The position numbers and the translations under genes were made by a program. This document shows, piece after piece, positions 13,501 to 27,350 of a DNA stretch of 64,000 nucleotides. The DNA comes from Klebsormidium nitens (Eukaryota > Plantae > Klebsormidiophyceae): contig DF237226.1 in NCBI GenBank assembly GCA_000708835.1, forward strand, positions 1 through 64,000, in the 5' to 3' direction. The notes beneath the pieces are model-generated. The model was not told the origin of the DNA. It was given only the letters and a program-made list of their open reading frames with translations, and did no database searches. Numbering within the stretch: the stretch's first letter is position 1; the number at the start of each line of letters is the position of its first letter.

Positions 13501-15550
13501 GCTGACTAGTATGTGGGCAGTTTGGTTACCTCTGTTAGAAGCAGGAGACAAAAGGTTCCAGAAAAGGCAAGTTTGTGTCGTTCTGCAATGCATACAGCAG
13601 ACTGCGTGAAGGCCGGTAGTCGCTATCGCATGTAATGCAGGTCTTTGTCAAGAGAGAAGGTTCCTGACTAGCGGTAAGCAGGCTGCAGAGCTCAGATCTG
13701 TGCATAAGCGTCTGTCAAGGAATACGCAGCTCAAAAGGTGTTGCACCGATTGCGTTAGTTGGCCCTTTTGATCCTGTCAGTGGCGTAAGCACCTTTGCTT
13801 CAGAAGGAAAAGAGTGTCCCTTCCAAGCGGATGCAAAACTTAAAGCGTTTTCCCCGGATGAGAGCACCGCAGCATTCTCAGAGGACTGTTCACAGTCATC
13901 TGCGCAGCTAGCACCATTTTTTGCTGGCAGAAGCTACATCCGGCTAGCATCTAGCATGACGCGATGTTCTGGTCCAGCCCATGGCCGAAGCTTCCGACCT
14001 GCGCCTGCAGGCTGCCGGTTCTTGTCGATGTGCCGGTTTCGAGGCGACCTAGAATTCTGTACGGCACGGCTCTGTTTCCCCGGTTTATCTAGCCATTACC
14101 AGTCGGGTTCAACGATCGGTCCGATCCAGAGCCTGGTCAACCATTACCACTTTGAGAATCGGATGATCCCTTTCAATAGATCCGCCGCCCTCCGGCGGGA
14201 GTCGATCGGCAGCGCCCGGCCGGGCCGCCAGCTGGCATGCGGGGCGGCCGCGCATGGAGCGCGACGAGCCTGAAAGCGGCCGTCTTGGCAGCCTTCCGCC
14301 ACTAAAGCTCAAGTCCAGTCGGTGTGTCTGATGTTCCCCATAAGACCATATTGCATTGCAGACGTTTGTTGCAACATCGCGTCGCTGGGACGTGTTTAGA
14401 TGGCTCCGCTTGCTTGGCTAGGATACGGCTAGTCCAATCAAAGAACTCGTATGAGCGGCACGTGCTGGCCCAGAGGTCTTATACCCTGAGTGAATGGAGC
14501 AGGTAGGCTCCAAGAAACTGGATGTAAGATATGATGGAGCCGTAAATGGAAAGCTGGCCGGCGAAAAGTGAAGAAGTTCTTGGGTCCGACTTAAACTGTT
14601 ACCTTGACACGGGCGTGACGTCTCTTAGTCTCTAAATTCCTACGTAGCAACATGGGTTTTGCATATTATTCGTTCCAAGTCTATCAGCAGCGCCGGAAAG
14701 CTTTAGCTAGGGCCCGAGGTCTTCGTCGGTCTGCGAGGTGCCAGGAGTATTGGCACCATAGTTGATACAGCTGCCCCCTTATGCGCCTCGGGTGGGCCTC
14801 TATCAAGCGCTGCGCATGATCTTTACTTACAAGACATCAATTGTCGACTAAAGTAAGGAGTGGGCTTGCTGCTGGTGTGCTGGACTGCCCACGATCGCAA
14901 ATAAAATGTCCAAGCTCCTTTGCGTCCGGTGGCGTGTGGGGAAAAAGAGTGAGAAAAGAGAATGAAGCACGACATGCGCTTGAAAGATCGAAAACCTCGT
15001 CGTAGTGAAGGATTCTCCAGTCAAAGTAGAGCGTTCGCCGTAAATCAACGGGGGAAACGTTCCCCCAACACATGAGTTGGAATGTTATGCATCCGTTTCT
15101 TATTCTTCTGACTAAATTAAACAAGGAAACGCGCGCTTCATCCGTGATTCGTATTCTTGCTCCAAGTTGTGGTGGTACGCTTTCGAACAGGCAGGTCGAC
15201 CTGATCAACGTCAAAATGATTATTGCAACCGTCTGCTCGTCACCAAATTTTCCACTCCTTCTGCTCGTCAAAACTTTCCGTTACTGCTAGCAGATTATTC
15301 CGGCACCTACAGTTGCTCGGCAGCCTGCTGACGATCAACTTCACAATCGTGACGATATGGCTTGACGCTTACGCGGGATGGACATGGCGTGCATACGTTT
15401 TCTTCTCCACAATCTGCACAAATAGAAGCCACCACGCGCTCTTTGACGCCATATTCTTGTTTTCAACACCTGGCTAACTCTACTTAGACACCCAATCTTC
15501 TTTCTTTGGCGACCAGTCCCTTCCCTGTCAATCTTCCTCACAATTTGCCA

Positions 15551-18500
15551 CTAACAGCCCGTCGAACTAGGCATGGTGCCACAGTTGGGCAGGCACTGTC
15601 CGGTGAAGATCTGCACGGTGATAGTCACCGGGGGCGCAGCTGCGCCACAGCCGCCCGCGCAATTGTACCCCGGGGGGCAGTCGGCGTCCCGGTTGCAGCC
15701 CCGGTTGCATGCGGCGCACTGCACGTTGGCCTGGCAAACGGTCGGGGTTGTGATAGTGATGTTTCCCCCAATGTAAGCACCGCAGGCGCAATTGGCGGCG
15801 CACTCGACGCTCCGGCCGAGGCCGATGTTGTTGCAGGCTGTCAGGTTGCCAGGTGGCGGACCTGCGACGGATTGAGAACAGAGATAACGCGTTGAGTCGA
15901 GTAACGGGCAAGGAGCAGGACTAGAAGCGGGAAGAAACAAGAAAGGGTCTCCAGATGTATCTACATGCGAGCCTTGTGTGTCTGCGACTTGATAGCTCTT
16001 GAGAAATGATTCGCCGGCTGGTACAATTGCGAATGAAGTTGATATGAAACCCATTCGTATCTGACGATCGCAAAACACGTACTCTTACTTCTGGGCTAGG
16101 ATACGGAGAGACATCGACTCGTCAACTTAGATAATGCGATATTGGGAAGGGCAGTTGTCGAATAGCTTTTGAAAACAGGGCGCGCTGCACACAAAGGACG
16201 TTTTGAAAGTTTCAATAAAGCATGCTATTAACGCGTAAAGAGCTGGGCACCTGATTATAAGGCTCTCGTGTCGTTTTCGCTGACGTCTATTGGGAATTTG
16301 TGAATCTGACCCAGAGAAGGCCGTTTTGAGATCTGGAGGGGCGGAGGTGTGAAGATATAAAGAGGGTCTCTTTTTTAGAAGGGCTTCGTAGACCACCGAA
16401 GGAAGATACAGTCAACGAAACCCTTCTGTGGAATGACGCCAATGACGTATGGCTAAAGGGATCGCTGGCGGCTGGACCCAATAATTGCTGCGTAGTAAAT
16501 TTTGAACACAGCCCAGTTGACGGACTAGCCATGCACGGGGGAGCTTTTGCAAGCAGTAGCAGCATACATATTCTTACCAAAAAAAGAAGCTAAGTGCTTT
16601 TAATAAGAGAAGCTGGTTATTTCCCCTTTCCTCACATTGTTAAAAGCCCCTTCTCGTCCATTTTACGACAAAGGAAAAGCAGGAGCACACAAACAAAGCA
16701 GGGGCCGCATCGAAGAAGCACAAGGCCGGATGACACAGAACAAAGAGGGGACTATTACTTGGGGGAGGGACTGGTGCCGCGGTAACTGCAGGCAGCGTCC
16801 CTACCGGTAGCAGCGTGGGCTGCGCAACGCAGTAAACCGCGACCTGTGGAAACAAACGGCGTTAGGTACCTGTAAATGCGAGAACCTGCATACTGCAGAC
16901 GCCCGCTCACAGAATTGAATCAGACGAACTCGTTTCAGCGTACGTGCAGCGAAGCGTGGTATGACAACAGCGGGTCCATGGATGATGCACTCCATCGAAA
17001 CGGGTAATTTTGAAGGTTGCAAGGGTCGCGCATCTTGGAAGCGTTCACCAGTCACTTGAATGCCTCTGGTCAGGACCTTAAGTTTAGTACACAGGGCAAT
17101 AGAACCTGGTGAAGCGGTTGTCAAGAGTTGCTTCAAACATGGTGTGGGAGTCAAGATACAACGTGGCATTCATGTTGCAGGAAAGCCGGGCCCAAAACAC
17201 GTCACAAGTTCCTCCGTAGTTCTTCTGAAGATCTTTTCGGTGACCATCAAAATAGAAACAACCTGCCGACGCCCTCTTTCACCCAACCCGGCAGACTTAC
17301 CGCAACCTCCACGGGAGCCACCGTGAATTCGGGGCTGCTGGTCGCGACCGGGTTGAGGATGAAGCTCCCCGGACCGCCCGAAAAGACGGAGATGTTGGGC
17401 GTAGTGAAACTGTTCCGGACGCTGCGGATGACGATGTTATCCAGCCCGGTAGGACTAACCAGGGCAACAGGGCCGACGGCCGCGGTCGCACCGATGAAGC
17501 CGCTGCGAACTGGGAGCTGCGTGACGGGACAAAGCAACTTGTTTAGTGCTTATGGACTCTTTCGAGTTCCTGAATCCGGTGCCTTTATTGATTTGGAGGG
17601 GAGCGTTACACGGCAGGAGTTGCTCTGGACTAAGGTGTACGTTACATCCCTCTGGAACGACGACGTTCTCTCGGACACATGCACAATACTCTGATTTGAA
17701 GCTTTGTGTATTAGTAAGAAGGGCGATTCGCTCAGGTGCTTGACTCGCATGCGATTCGTCGGCCTGAAACCCTTCTCGAATATCTCTCAGGAGAGGCTTC
17801 TCACCGCTAGGGCCGGGTTGATGTTAACCAGGAGCAGGTTCTCCCGCGATCCGCCGACCGGAATGTCAAACGTGGACGGAGCCGAAGTGGTCGTATTGGT
17901 GGTGGTGTTGAGAACTTGCCAGAGGTCATTGTTGGCTTGGTTGCTGCTCAGTACGATCCTCACAGGCGTCGAACACATGTTAGTGATGTTAACCCGGGCG
18001 GTTTGTGGCGGCGGGACTGGAGGGGGACCTGTCAGGGAGTGGTTGAACACTTAATCAACCTGGTTAGTGCTTCGTTAGTCGCGATCCGCACCCGGCGCTG
18101 TGGCAGGTGAAATGTTTAGACGACCACTTGATCTTCGAACAACTTACGCTGAACTAGACTACTAGGTTCTTCCAGAACTTTGCGAGTGCGAGTGTGCGAT
18201 GAGCAGGAAAAGCTCTGTCAGTACGAGCTGAGAGGAAGAAAAGGCCGCATCTCTGGGGTTGGTTGACAAGGATACAAAGTTGGGAAAGCCGTCCAGCAAC
18301 TCAAAGATGGTAGTATTTGCGCGACTTTCTGACGGGCACTCCGATAATTCAGGGATTGGATACAGGAACACAAGGGTTTGCTACGAAGATATGTGTGGAA
18401 AACAAGTGTTGCGTGATGCATCTGTAATCCATTGGACATAAGGGCCTGATTTCAAGTTAAAACGATTCGGCAGAGGATTTTGCGGTTGCGCAAAACCTTC

Positions 18501-19862
18501 AGGAAAGCAATTCGCCGGACACGAATTTTCAAGGAATTGTGACCAGAGCTTGACCAGAGCTCAATGAAGCCTGTTGGGTTGTATAGGTATACCTGGCGGA
18601 GGGGGCGGAGTACAGCTGATGCGGATGATGAGCTCCGCTGGAGCCGCAATCGAAGTTGGGTCCCACGTGTTGACAATCGATTGGATGAAGAAACGGCCGC
18701 CCCCGCTTGCACGGTAGGTGGTATCGGGGGGAAGGACGTAACTGCCAAGCAGGCTCAGATTATCTTCGGCGAAGGTCGGGAAGGGAGCACCGGTGGGGGC
18801 GACGTAAATGGTGCCCTCGTACTGGAAGGGGCCCACCTGCAGCAATAAAAACCGTTTTTGTCGACCCGAAGGTTTGTGAAGGGTCAAGTACCCTGGGTTA
18901 ATTGCCTTTGCAGTATCATAGGATCTGATCTCTGGAAAAGGAAAAGCGGGGAACCAGAAAAGGTCTTCGCAGCACATGATGAAGAGATAGAGCCTGCGTA
19001 TAACACGTTACTGTTGGAGATTGTCTTTTCAAATTCTACAGAGCTACCGGAAACTACTACAAAAGGAATTCTGGGAAGAGGGTTGTCACACAAGCTTCCC
19101 CACTCAAGGACACCGTGTCTTACCTGATTGGTGTTGTTGTCAGTCAGAATGAGCCTCGGAATCGTCTCCCCAGCGGGCAGAATGAACGGGTTGCTCGGAA
19201 GGGGCTCCTCAACCGTGAGTAGAGTCTCCAGCGCCGGATCAAAAACATTGACGATCCGGCGGATGTTATACTGCTCCCACAGATTCTCGCCCCCCAGGTA
19301 GACTTGGACGTCTGTCGGGCACACGTTCTGCAGAATCACCCGCACCTGTGGACGTCCGAAGAGTATGGGGCCCTGTGCAAGCGTGCCTGCGAGTAATCAG
19401 CACGAGCCGTTAAAGTTAGGAGAGGGGATGAAGAAGAAAGCTGATGGGGTTTTAATTCAGAGTGCAAATGATCTGGATAAGGGCATGGCCTGAATCATTC
19501 CGACCGGGCAGATTATCGTGAATCGGGTCTGCCCAGGATCCAATGTTTTGGCACTTCTGAGAAGCAACGACCACTTTCCTCACAAAACTATCAGACCTGC
19601 TCAATATTGAGATCAATATCGTGATAAGCAAGTGGGCACGAGCAAAAACTTCTGGTGGTTTGAATCCAGCCCAATGGAAAGTTTCGAAAAGCAAGCCCGC
19701 ATTCATTCGTCTGATGCTAACAAACCCCATACTGATAATCTGCATAAAGTGCCACGGTAATCTCGGCTTACCTGTAGCCAGCGTTCCTACCAGCACCAGC
19801 AAGACGAGGGTCGACGCCAGAGACTTGCCGCTGGTGAGCGATCGACAAACGCCCCTTGCCAT
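15551..19862 (-). CDS. Secreted or cell-wall-type protein, 477 aa: signal peptide, two homologous beta-rich domains, Pro-rich linkers and a 14-Cys C-terminal module
   Basis: Exons 19862-19772, 19386-19124, 18836-18593, 18028-17805, 17516-17301, 16843-16759 and 15861-15551 (1434 nt), all phases consistent. Signal-like LASTLVLLVLVGTLATGTLA|QG. The domains start RVILQNVCPTDVQVYL and RVNITNMCSTPVRIVL. Confidence 0.85.
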
Positions 19863-21874
19863 CTTTCACCAGAAGAGGCAGCAAAATCCTCAGAAACAAG
19901 CAGAAGAGAAGGGAAAGGTCGCCTTTGCTCTCGATGGTGACTTTAGCTCTTGAAGTGATCGAGCTCTTTCGACTGCGGGCACAGAAGGAGAGCTGGCAAG
20001 AGTCTGGAAGACGGAGCGGACATATTCGTAATCCTGCTGTATCTTACATCCTGCTCGCTCCCTTTAAGCCCAGTGTTCGCCAGTCTACAGGCAGGGTTTG
20101 GCAGTGCCTCGCTGGCCTAAAAAGCTGTTTTTCAATCTGTTACTTGGCTGCAATCCGTTATCGGTTAGCGAGGAACTCGTATAGTCACAACATTGGTCCA
20201 CAAATTCCTAGGCGGAATATGGAGTCGGCAACACCAACACCGCTCGTTTTCTGACCCGAGGCGTTCACCATGTCGTGAGAAGATCCATTTTGCTACATTG
20301 GGATTCCATGTGCAAAGCACTCTCTGGCTGTTCTGCGCCTTCGAATCTTGAGCTCAAAATGATACATCCGTCTCTGAGGAGGAAATTGCATCGCTCGCGC
20401 CGAGAAGACCCGATTCTATGATTACCGAGACTCGCAGAAAGTCTCGTGAAGCGTGCTAGCTTCCGAGAAACACCTTCTGGCAACAAGGTTGGACAGACTT
20501 AGGTTGTATCTGTCGCGAGCCGTCAACGCACGGACTCACACGGACTCGACGCAACGGTAGCGGCTCCAATGATCAGGAATCACGTCATCGGACCGGCTCC
20601 CCGGGCCCTCACTCGTGTTCCCACAACGATATTTATTTTTTAGATCTCTACTTCTCTTCTCTCTGATTGCAGTAACTTGCGACGGAAGCGCGCGTCAGAT
20701 CAGAGAATCGAAACTGGCTGGTGAATGGAACTTCAGTGTGCGAGGTACGTACTCATTTTCGCACACGGCTCAGGAAGGCGCCGGGGCGAACAGTTCAAGT
20801 TTACCAACCGTGAGGGAGACTTACACGTTAGAGACTGAGCTGTTTCGGTCGGCCCTTCGTACAACGTCTTGATGTTGATTCTGCGACGTTGGGGCCGGAA
20901 TTGAAGGTGCGCCTTGCTGGTTTTAGATAGGCACGTGGGGCCTAAATCTGGATTTCGGGTATCTCTAGGGCAATTACTTCTTCTGGGCAGATACCGACGG
21001 CGGGCGCCGCACGCTGCTTGACGCAAGCAACTTTTAGTACTGGCAAGAACCTGGGGCGCCATTCCCACAGTGGCCGCGGAGCCCTGCAGCACCTCAAGCC
21101 CCCTTAATTGCCTAAGCCTTCAAGTTATCATGCGCTCGGCATGGATAATTGCAACATGATATTGCCATGTGGCTGCGGCATTTTATCCGATCATTCGTTA
21201 TGATCCTCAGTGATATAGCATGATCCATTAAGCTCGATCTGGCTCATTGAGCGCACCGCCGGCCGCGGGCGGCCTCGATATATCCTCCAAAGACAGCGCG
21301 CAATACTGCTGCAGTGACACCAACGTGTAGGATATCACGTTGCCTTCTGACAACCTGTCTTCTAATCAGTTTCAAAGCATATGATAAAGAATGTGATTTC
21401 CTTCATGATCAGTAACGCAGCCCGCCCCCCATGCGGCCATGGCACGAATGCACATGCATGCTAGCGCGCTCGGCTAATTCGTAGTATACGTTTTTGCAGG
21501 GCTGCGGCGCCGTCATTGCTTATACTAAGCTCCCGGTCCCGACCGGCAGCCTACTAGGCTACTACACATAACGTTCATATAGCCCATGCAATGATACCGC
21601 GTCCGACCCCTAAGTTCTGAATTTTGAAGCAGTTCGGACACCGAGCAAACTTTTAAAAGTCAGCTTAATAGCCTGAAGTCCATCTATAAGGTTCCAGTCG
21701 TTCCTCAGCACACAGGCAACTTTATTTCATGCAAGAAACAGCAAGTCAACGTAGCGTCAACAGTGTATGTTCCGTCTACTCAAGACCGTGTGCCCGTCGC
21801 AAAGGTCGGAGTCCACTCACGGACAATTGTTCTCGTAATCATCAAAGTAAACCTGTACACCATGTAGATTCCAC

Positions 21875-24800
21875 TTAAACACCTGTGATGATTGAAGGCT
21901 TCTTGCATTGTTCCTTGTGCTCCTTCTTCCAGTGGACAAGCTGCGCATGGAAAGCGGAACGAAATTACTCTGCCATACTACATCGTTTCCCGGGTAGATC
22001 CAGCTACAGACGCAGATTGCAAGGAGAAAGGCTCTTGTGTTTTAAACCATGCGGCCTGCAAATGGCTCCGCTCGTAAGAGACCTTCGCGTGCCCCGCCCC
22101 CTCTGAAAGTGGTACGATATCCAAACCTCAAACGGACAACTCGAATGCATTGGGCCTTCATCTAAAAGAAACCCGCAAGCGGGTCGAGGCAAACGTGCGC
22201 AAGACTCAGTGTCGATCGCGTTCCGAGCAATACGTCAAAACGATCCGGGTTGTTTGTATGAAACTTGCCTGGCAGTTTTTCGTGCAGTATTGGACGTTTC
22301 CGCATACGCTGCACTTCTTGAACGTCTTTTTCCTCGACTCGATGACCTCGATTGCGCATGCCTGTACATGGAATTGCGAGGCGTGAGAGCTCCGCAGGTT
22401 TTGCAGTGACTGAGTTATGCAGGCAAAATGCAAACCCAGCAAGTTCTGGAAGAGTACATCTTTTTCTGGTGTTCCCGATTGATGACCCCTCAGTACCGCA
22501 GTATGCCCGGCAGGCAACAGTACAAAGCAGGCGCAGATATTCTTCTAAAACAAACAGAAGTAACACCAGTGAAAATATTCAGAAGACATTCGTTGGTCAA
22601 ATAACATAGAGAGGAGCGGGCGACAGGAGTAAGAATGCATATGGAGACTTGTGAGTTCTCAACTGCGGAAAAGTCAGACGAGTCTGAGGGCACCTTACAC
22701 GCTTCGCCAGTGTTGGAAAAAAGGACGGAAGCTCACCGCATTGCTGCACGCTTTCAGTTCGAAAGGGAGGGCAATCTTGTCCCACAGCTCCTTGACGAGA
22801 TTCTCCAGCCGCGCCGCCAAAGAGGACTGCCCGGGCGCCCGATAGGGGGGCTCTAAGAACACCGGAAGAGCTGTCCCTGCCGCCCTAACCCTCCTCATGA
22901 CGCCTCTGCATAGGCCAAGTGCTTTGCCGCGGGCGACTACCTGAATGAAGCTCTCCCGGTCGACTTCCGAGCTTTCGAGGCACTGTTTCACGATCGACGA
23001 GAGGGCAGAGCACAGGTCGGCCAACTGCTCGGCAAGGATCCGTTCCATTGGGTTCCGCGGAGGTCCGCCAGACGCCCCTGCTAACTTGGAGTACGCTTGC
23101 TCGAGCAGCTCTACAATCAGATCCGTCTCTTTGAGCACAGAAGCCGTTAGAAGCTTCGGACTGTCGCGGCAAAGGCGCTCAAGGACGAGCGCCGCGCTGC
23201 TGGGGTAGGTTCCGGGCATCTCAAAAGAGAAGCCCAACTGCCGAAATGCCCGGAGAGCCAAGCGCGCGAGCTTGCTCCCCTGGCCGTTGATCTCCTCGTT
23301 CGACGTACGGACGGGCCGGTGCCTTGCTCGGAACTGGGCGCCGTATTTCAGAAGGTAAAGCGGCGCAGGGCCTTCCCCGACGGCAAACCCTGACGTCCTG
23401 AACTGCGGTATCGCGCCGCCCAGAACCGCGAGGAACTGCCAGCCGATGACGCCGGCAAGTCTCTCCGGGACGTCCGTGTCCAAGCACTTTATGACCACCC
23501 TTGCCACCTCGGCCCGCTTCTCTTGCAGCGCATCACCCGAGTTGAAGCAGTACACGAAAGCCTCTAAAAGATGGTTTGGCGAAGACCGCACCAACTGATT
23601 CTCCAACACACGGTCAGCGCAGCTCAAAAGGCTGAAGCCTATGGGGTCAAACCCGACGGGGCTGGAGCTCAAATCCGCAATTCCAAGGAACAGCGACACC
23701 ATGTTCAGGATGTTCTGAAGGCCCTCCGACGGTACCGCGCTCTCTAACCCCGTGCGCAGCGCATGGTGAATCCGTCGGACTTCGTCGCAATGTTGCAGAA
23801 CGGCCACGTGGTCAAACACCGTCCTCCCCTCCATCTCGGCCCGGAAAAGCAACACCAGCTCGCCGAGGGCGCGACCCGAGCTCCCCTCAATCTGCCGTAA
23901 AAGCTGCCGCATTGCTGTGAAGTCGGTTAGTGGTAATTTAGGGCCTAGCGTGAGTTCCGACTCCATTTTGAGTTGGCTGATCCTAAGTAGCGCGTTGCTC
24001 CCTTGCGCATTGGCCTCCGGATGATTTGCCAAGCTCGGCAGCAGGTCTTGCACAGCTTTCTCGATGGAAGGCCCAACGCCCGAGTGGGAGAACGCTCGCA
24101 ATAGCTCCGGTTGTTGCAGGAGATGAAGTAGCAACCCGGCGCACTCGTGCGCGCCCGTCGTCGCCTCCCGCTCCCCACGGTTCGCCAGTAGGCGTGCCAT
24201 TTGCCCCACCTCGCCAAGGAGAGCCACCAACCATGCCCCTAGCGTTTTGACGGGAACCATGCCCAGAAGCTTCCTGATGTTGTCCTCCCCGTTCATAGGG
24301 AGTCTCAGCGCTTGAATCAAGCATTGCAAGCTGGACCAGTCCGGGTAGCTCGTGTCGGTACTTGAGAGCCGACAACTCTCGACCCCACGGGAATGACGCC
24401 ACAAGTTGCTGGGGCAAGCGCTGCTCAAAGACTTCCTGGACAAAAGGCGCGCTTGCTCGTTGGAGGTGACCAAGGAGAAAGAGATAAGTGACCAGAGTCT
24501 CAAAGGGTATCGACTCGGGTCCGTGCATTGCTCGGTACGGGCTGGAAGAGAGTGGGGCGAGGATCCACTCGCCAGCCTGGCGCAGAACTTTTGCAGCAGT
24601 CCCACACGATGCCACCTGCACACGTGATGGATAGATGGACGGCTGTTACCGGACATCTCCGCAAGACTGCTTTTGCACGGTCTTTGGATGACTGCGAAAT
24701 TCGAGCAAGAGAGAAGCTTCCTTTACAAGTTGCCAGATTGAAAACCGATCGCGCATTAGCAAGATCAGATGGTCAAATGGGAATCGAAGAGGGTTGGATT

Positions 24801-25863
24801 GGTGGACTGACTGTACAATATCCGAATCGAATACCCCGCTCCACACTTTCCCCACTGGTGTGGCAGTCAGTTCATTCAGTTAAATCTCAATGCTAAGCAC
24901 AAGAGTGCGCAAGGGGTTTCTAAGGGACGCCAGCCTGCTTGTCTGCGGGAGAAGCGCCGTGCAATCAGATTTGCTGAGCACCCACTATCACAAAGGGAAA
25001 CGTATCTGTTCTACCAAAGGGCGAGCACTGTACTCCGCTTGTTGAGCTAACCCAAATGTTGTCAGAACAAACAGTACTCCACTGGCGCTGATGCGACAGA
25101 AAGAGTGAGGGCGCTCCTTGGCTTACCTTCAGAGCAAAGCAATTTTGGGCACAAGCCGCAATGTAACCAAGGCTGTGCATGACTTGGACCGCGTTCCGAG
25201 GGCTTCGGGTGAGGATTGAGAGCACGCCCCGGACCACCTCTTGATTCTCCATGAGCTTTGACATCTGGCACGCAACAAAAAATGGACTTTAGCAGACAGT
25301 GGCAGAGGCGTAACTGTTTGATGTCCGTGCGAGGCTTCGACCTGAGCCACAAGCGCAGGGCGTCAGCGGACTACTCCTGTGCCAAAGTTGCATTCAACCT
25401 AGTTACGGTGGGGGGAATGAAAGCAGACGGTCATCACTAGTGGCGACCAAGCCACTGGAGTGAGAGGCTACTGCTGATGTAAAGCTGGTTCTAGAATAGT
25501 GACTTGCATATGGTCCGCATATGTCTCTGTTGAATCACCTGCTGAAGCTGCCTTTATGCCACTGAGCCTTACCTGCAGTGCAGGCTTGCTTTACATTGTT
25601 TGCAAATTCCTGGGATGCAGGGAGTTCTCCACAAAAACGTCCTGTGAAGCCATAAGTACTCTGGACTGAGTGAAACATTCAAGCTGTCTCACCTTCTTGA
25701 AAGCCTTGTTTGACCGGAGCCGCAGCTCTTGTTCCTTTCCAGGCTCGAGGCCGGCCGCTTTGCAACCCTCCACCAGCTTTTCGAACTCGTCTGCAACTCG
25801 GCCCCACTTCTCCTTCTGAATTAGGTCCAGGAAGTTGGGGACGGGGTCCCGACCAGCATTCGC
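21875..25863 (-). CDS. MYND-type zinc-finger protein with a long helical (TPR/ARM-like) N-terminal region; 5' end unresolved, with one internal frame switch
   Basis: Exons 25863-25693, 25264-25127, 24615-22737 (frame switch near 24300-24370), 22361-22269 and 21940-21875. The spliced C-terminus CSNAAC...KCSVCGNVQYCTKNCQLVHWKKEHKEQC matches the MYND pattern. Confidence 0.78.
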
Positions 25864-27350
25864 CTGTGTTGATCGCAAGGGTAGGATTGATACGGAAGAC
25901 CCTATGATTTTGGTAATACATACAGACACATGAGTCAATATAGATTGCCTAGAGTGCGCAGGCTGAAGCATCCCTCTGAGGAACTGCTTCCGGCGTTCAG
26001 TTTGTCTTGGGTCTCTTCCAGACTTCAACTATGATTGAGTACAAGGCACATTGAAGATGACCATTTTTTGTGACGGCTGATCTTTATCATCTTTGCGCAT
26101 ATCTCCATTTCAGAAGAGGCAGTCCTAATCTGTTCAGATGACAGCTGCACATTTCACAAAAGAGGCAGGGGCATCAGAAGGGAGTCACGTTCATCATAGC
26201 GGTACCATGACAAGCAAAGCATCTGCTGGCAGCCAAGTCTTCGAGTGAGCTCATCACTTACCATCTTGATGGTGACACCCTTTAAGCGCTAGTCAAGCTC
26301 AGCTTAAAAGCACGAGCTTCTTCACGAAAAGGTCTCGACGGACCAACTGCTCATGTTAGATCTTTTATGATTGGTGACCGCAGCTCCTTTTGCCAGAAGA
26401 GCAGCAGAAGAGGTCTAACTCTGAGTTTGAGTCTTGCATTGACATTGAGAGGAAAAACTTTGACAATGTTCAGTTCTTCAGGGTAACTAATTAAGAAGTA
26501 CTATAGTACTGAAAATGAGCACTCCCCCTCCAACTTGTAAGTTTGGACGATCAAGACGTGGAAAGCACGTGGTAAACCCGTAATTTCAAACCGTCCGATG
26601 CTCCATCGTGGTACCATCGAGCGTCATACACCAGTGTTGCTCGTTCACGTGGTTTGCCAAATCTGATTGCTCCTGAAGCCCCCCCTAAACTTTGAGTTTC
26701 GGTTGACCAATTCACGTTCATGCAGAATGGATGCAGACTGCTGAAGCCTGAGGAACAACAGAAGCCGCCCACAGCCCCTCTTTTCAAACCTCTTACATGC
26801 TCACCATATCTTAAGTTTGCAAGCTTGCCTTACTAAAGACGGCAGCATTGCTGCGGCAGGGATCAACCCTGTATCCAGAGCCCCAGTGTTCCTTCGACGG
26901 GCTTTGTATGTAGAGCACGCTGCAGCACGGCGGCTGACTGAGACTTCATTGTTGAGGTTTACAAAAGATCTGCTGGCGCAGTATTGAGCGCGCACTTGCG
27001 TGACAAGACACTGCACATCAACCTTGCAAAGCTCTCAGAAGACGGGTATCCATGTCAAGAAGGGACGTGTCCTTGTAAGCACCGCTGCCCCACCTTTTGT
27101 TTGACTTTCCATTGATAGGCGCGATTCCCCTGTGAATATTGTGCAGAAAGGATGACTGTTGCAGCCGCACTGAGGCCTAATGGAACTTTTGAAGCCAGTA
27201 ATTGCATCACCTATGATAGTGACATTTTTTGGCTGCCTCATTGCTTCCCTGTCTGAGTGCCGCTCCTGAGGTTCAGTACGCATCTCCGCCTTCTCCACTG
27301 ACAGACTCTGTAACAGATTTGTGTGAAGTGCTGATGCATGTGCACTGGAG

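Noticed and set aside
14837-15271. 144-aa minus-strand ORF downstream of the secreted gene
   Set aside because: No ATG, no recognisable motif and no splice-consistent link. It may be 3' UTR or intergenic.
20615-20872. 85-aa plus-strand ORF with a hydrophobic start
   Set aside because: GTG start, the hydrophobic part looks like a polypyrimidine tract, and no partner exons were found.
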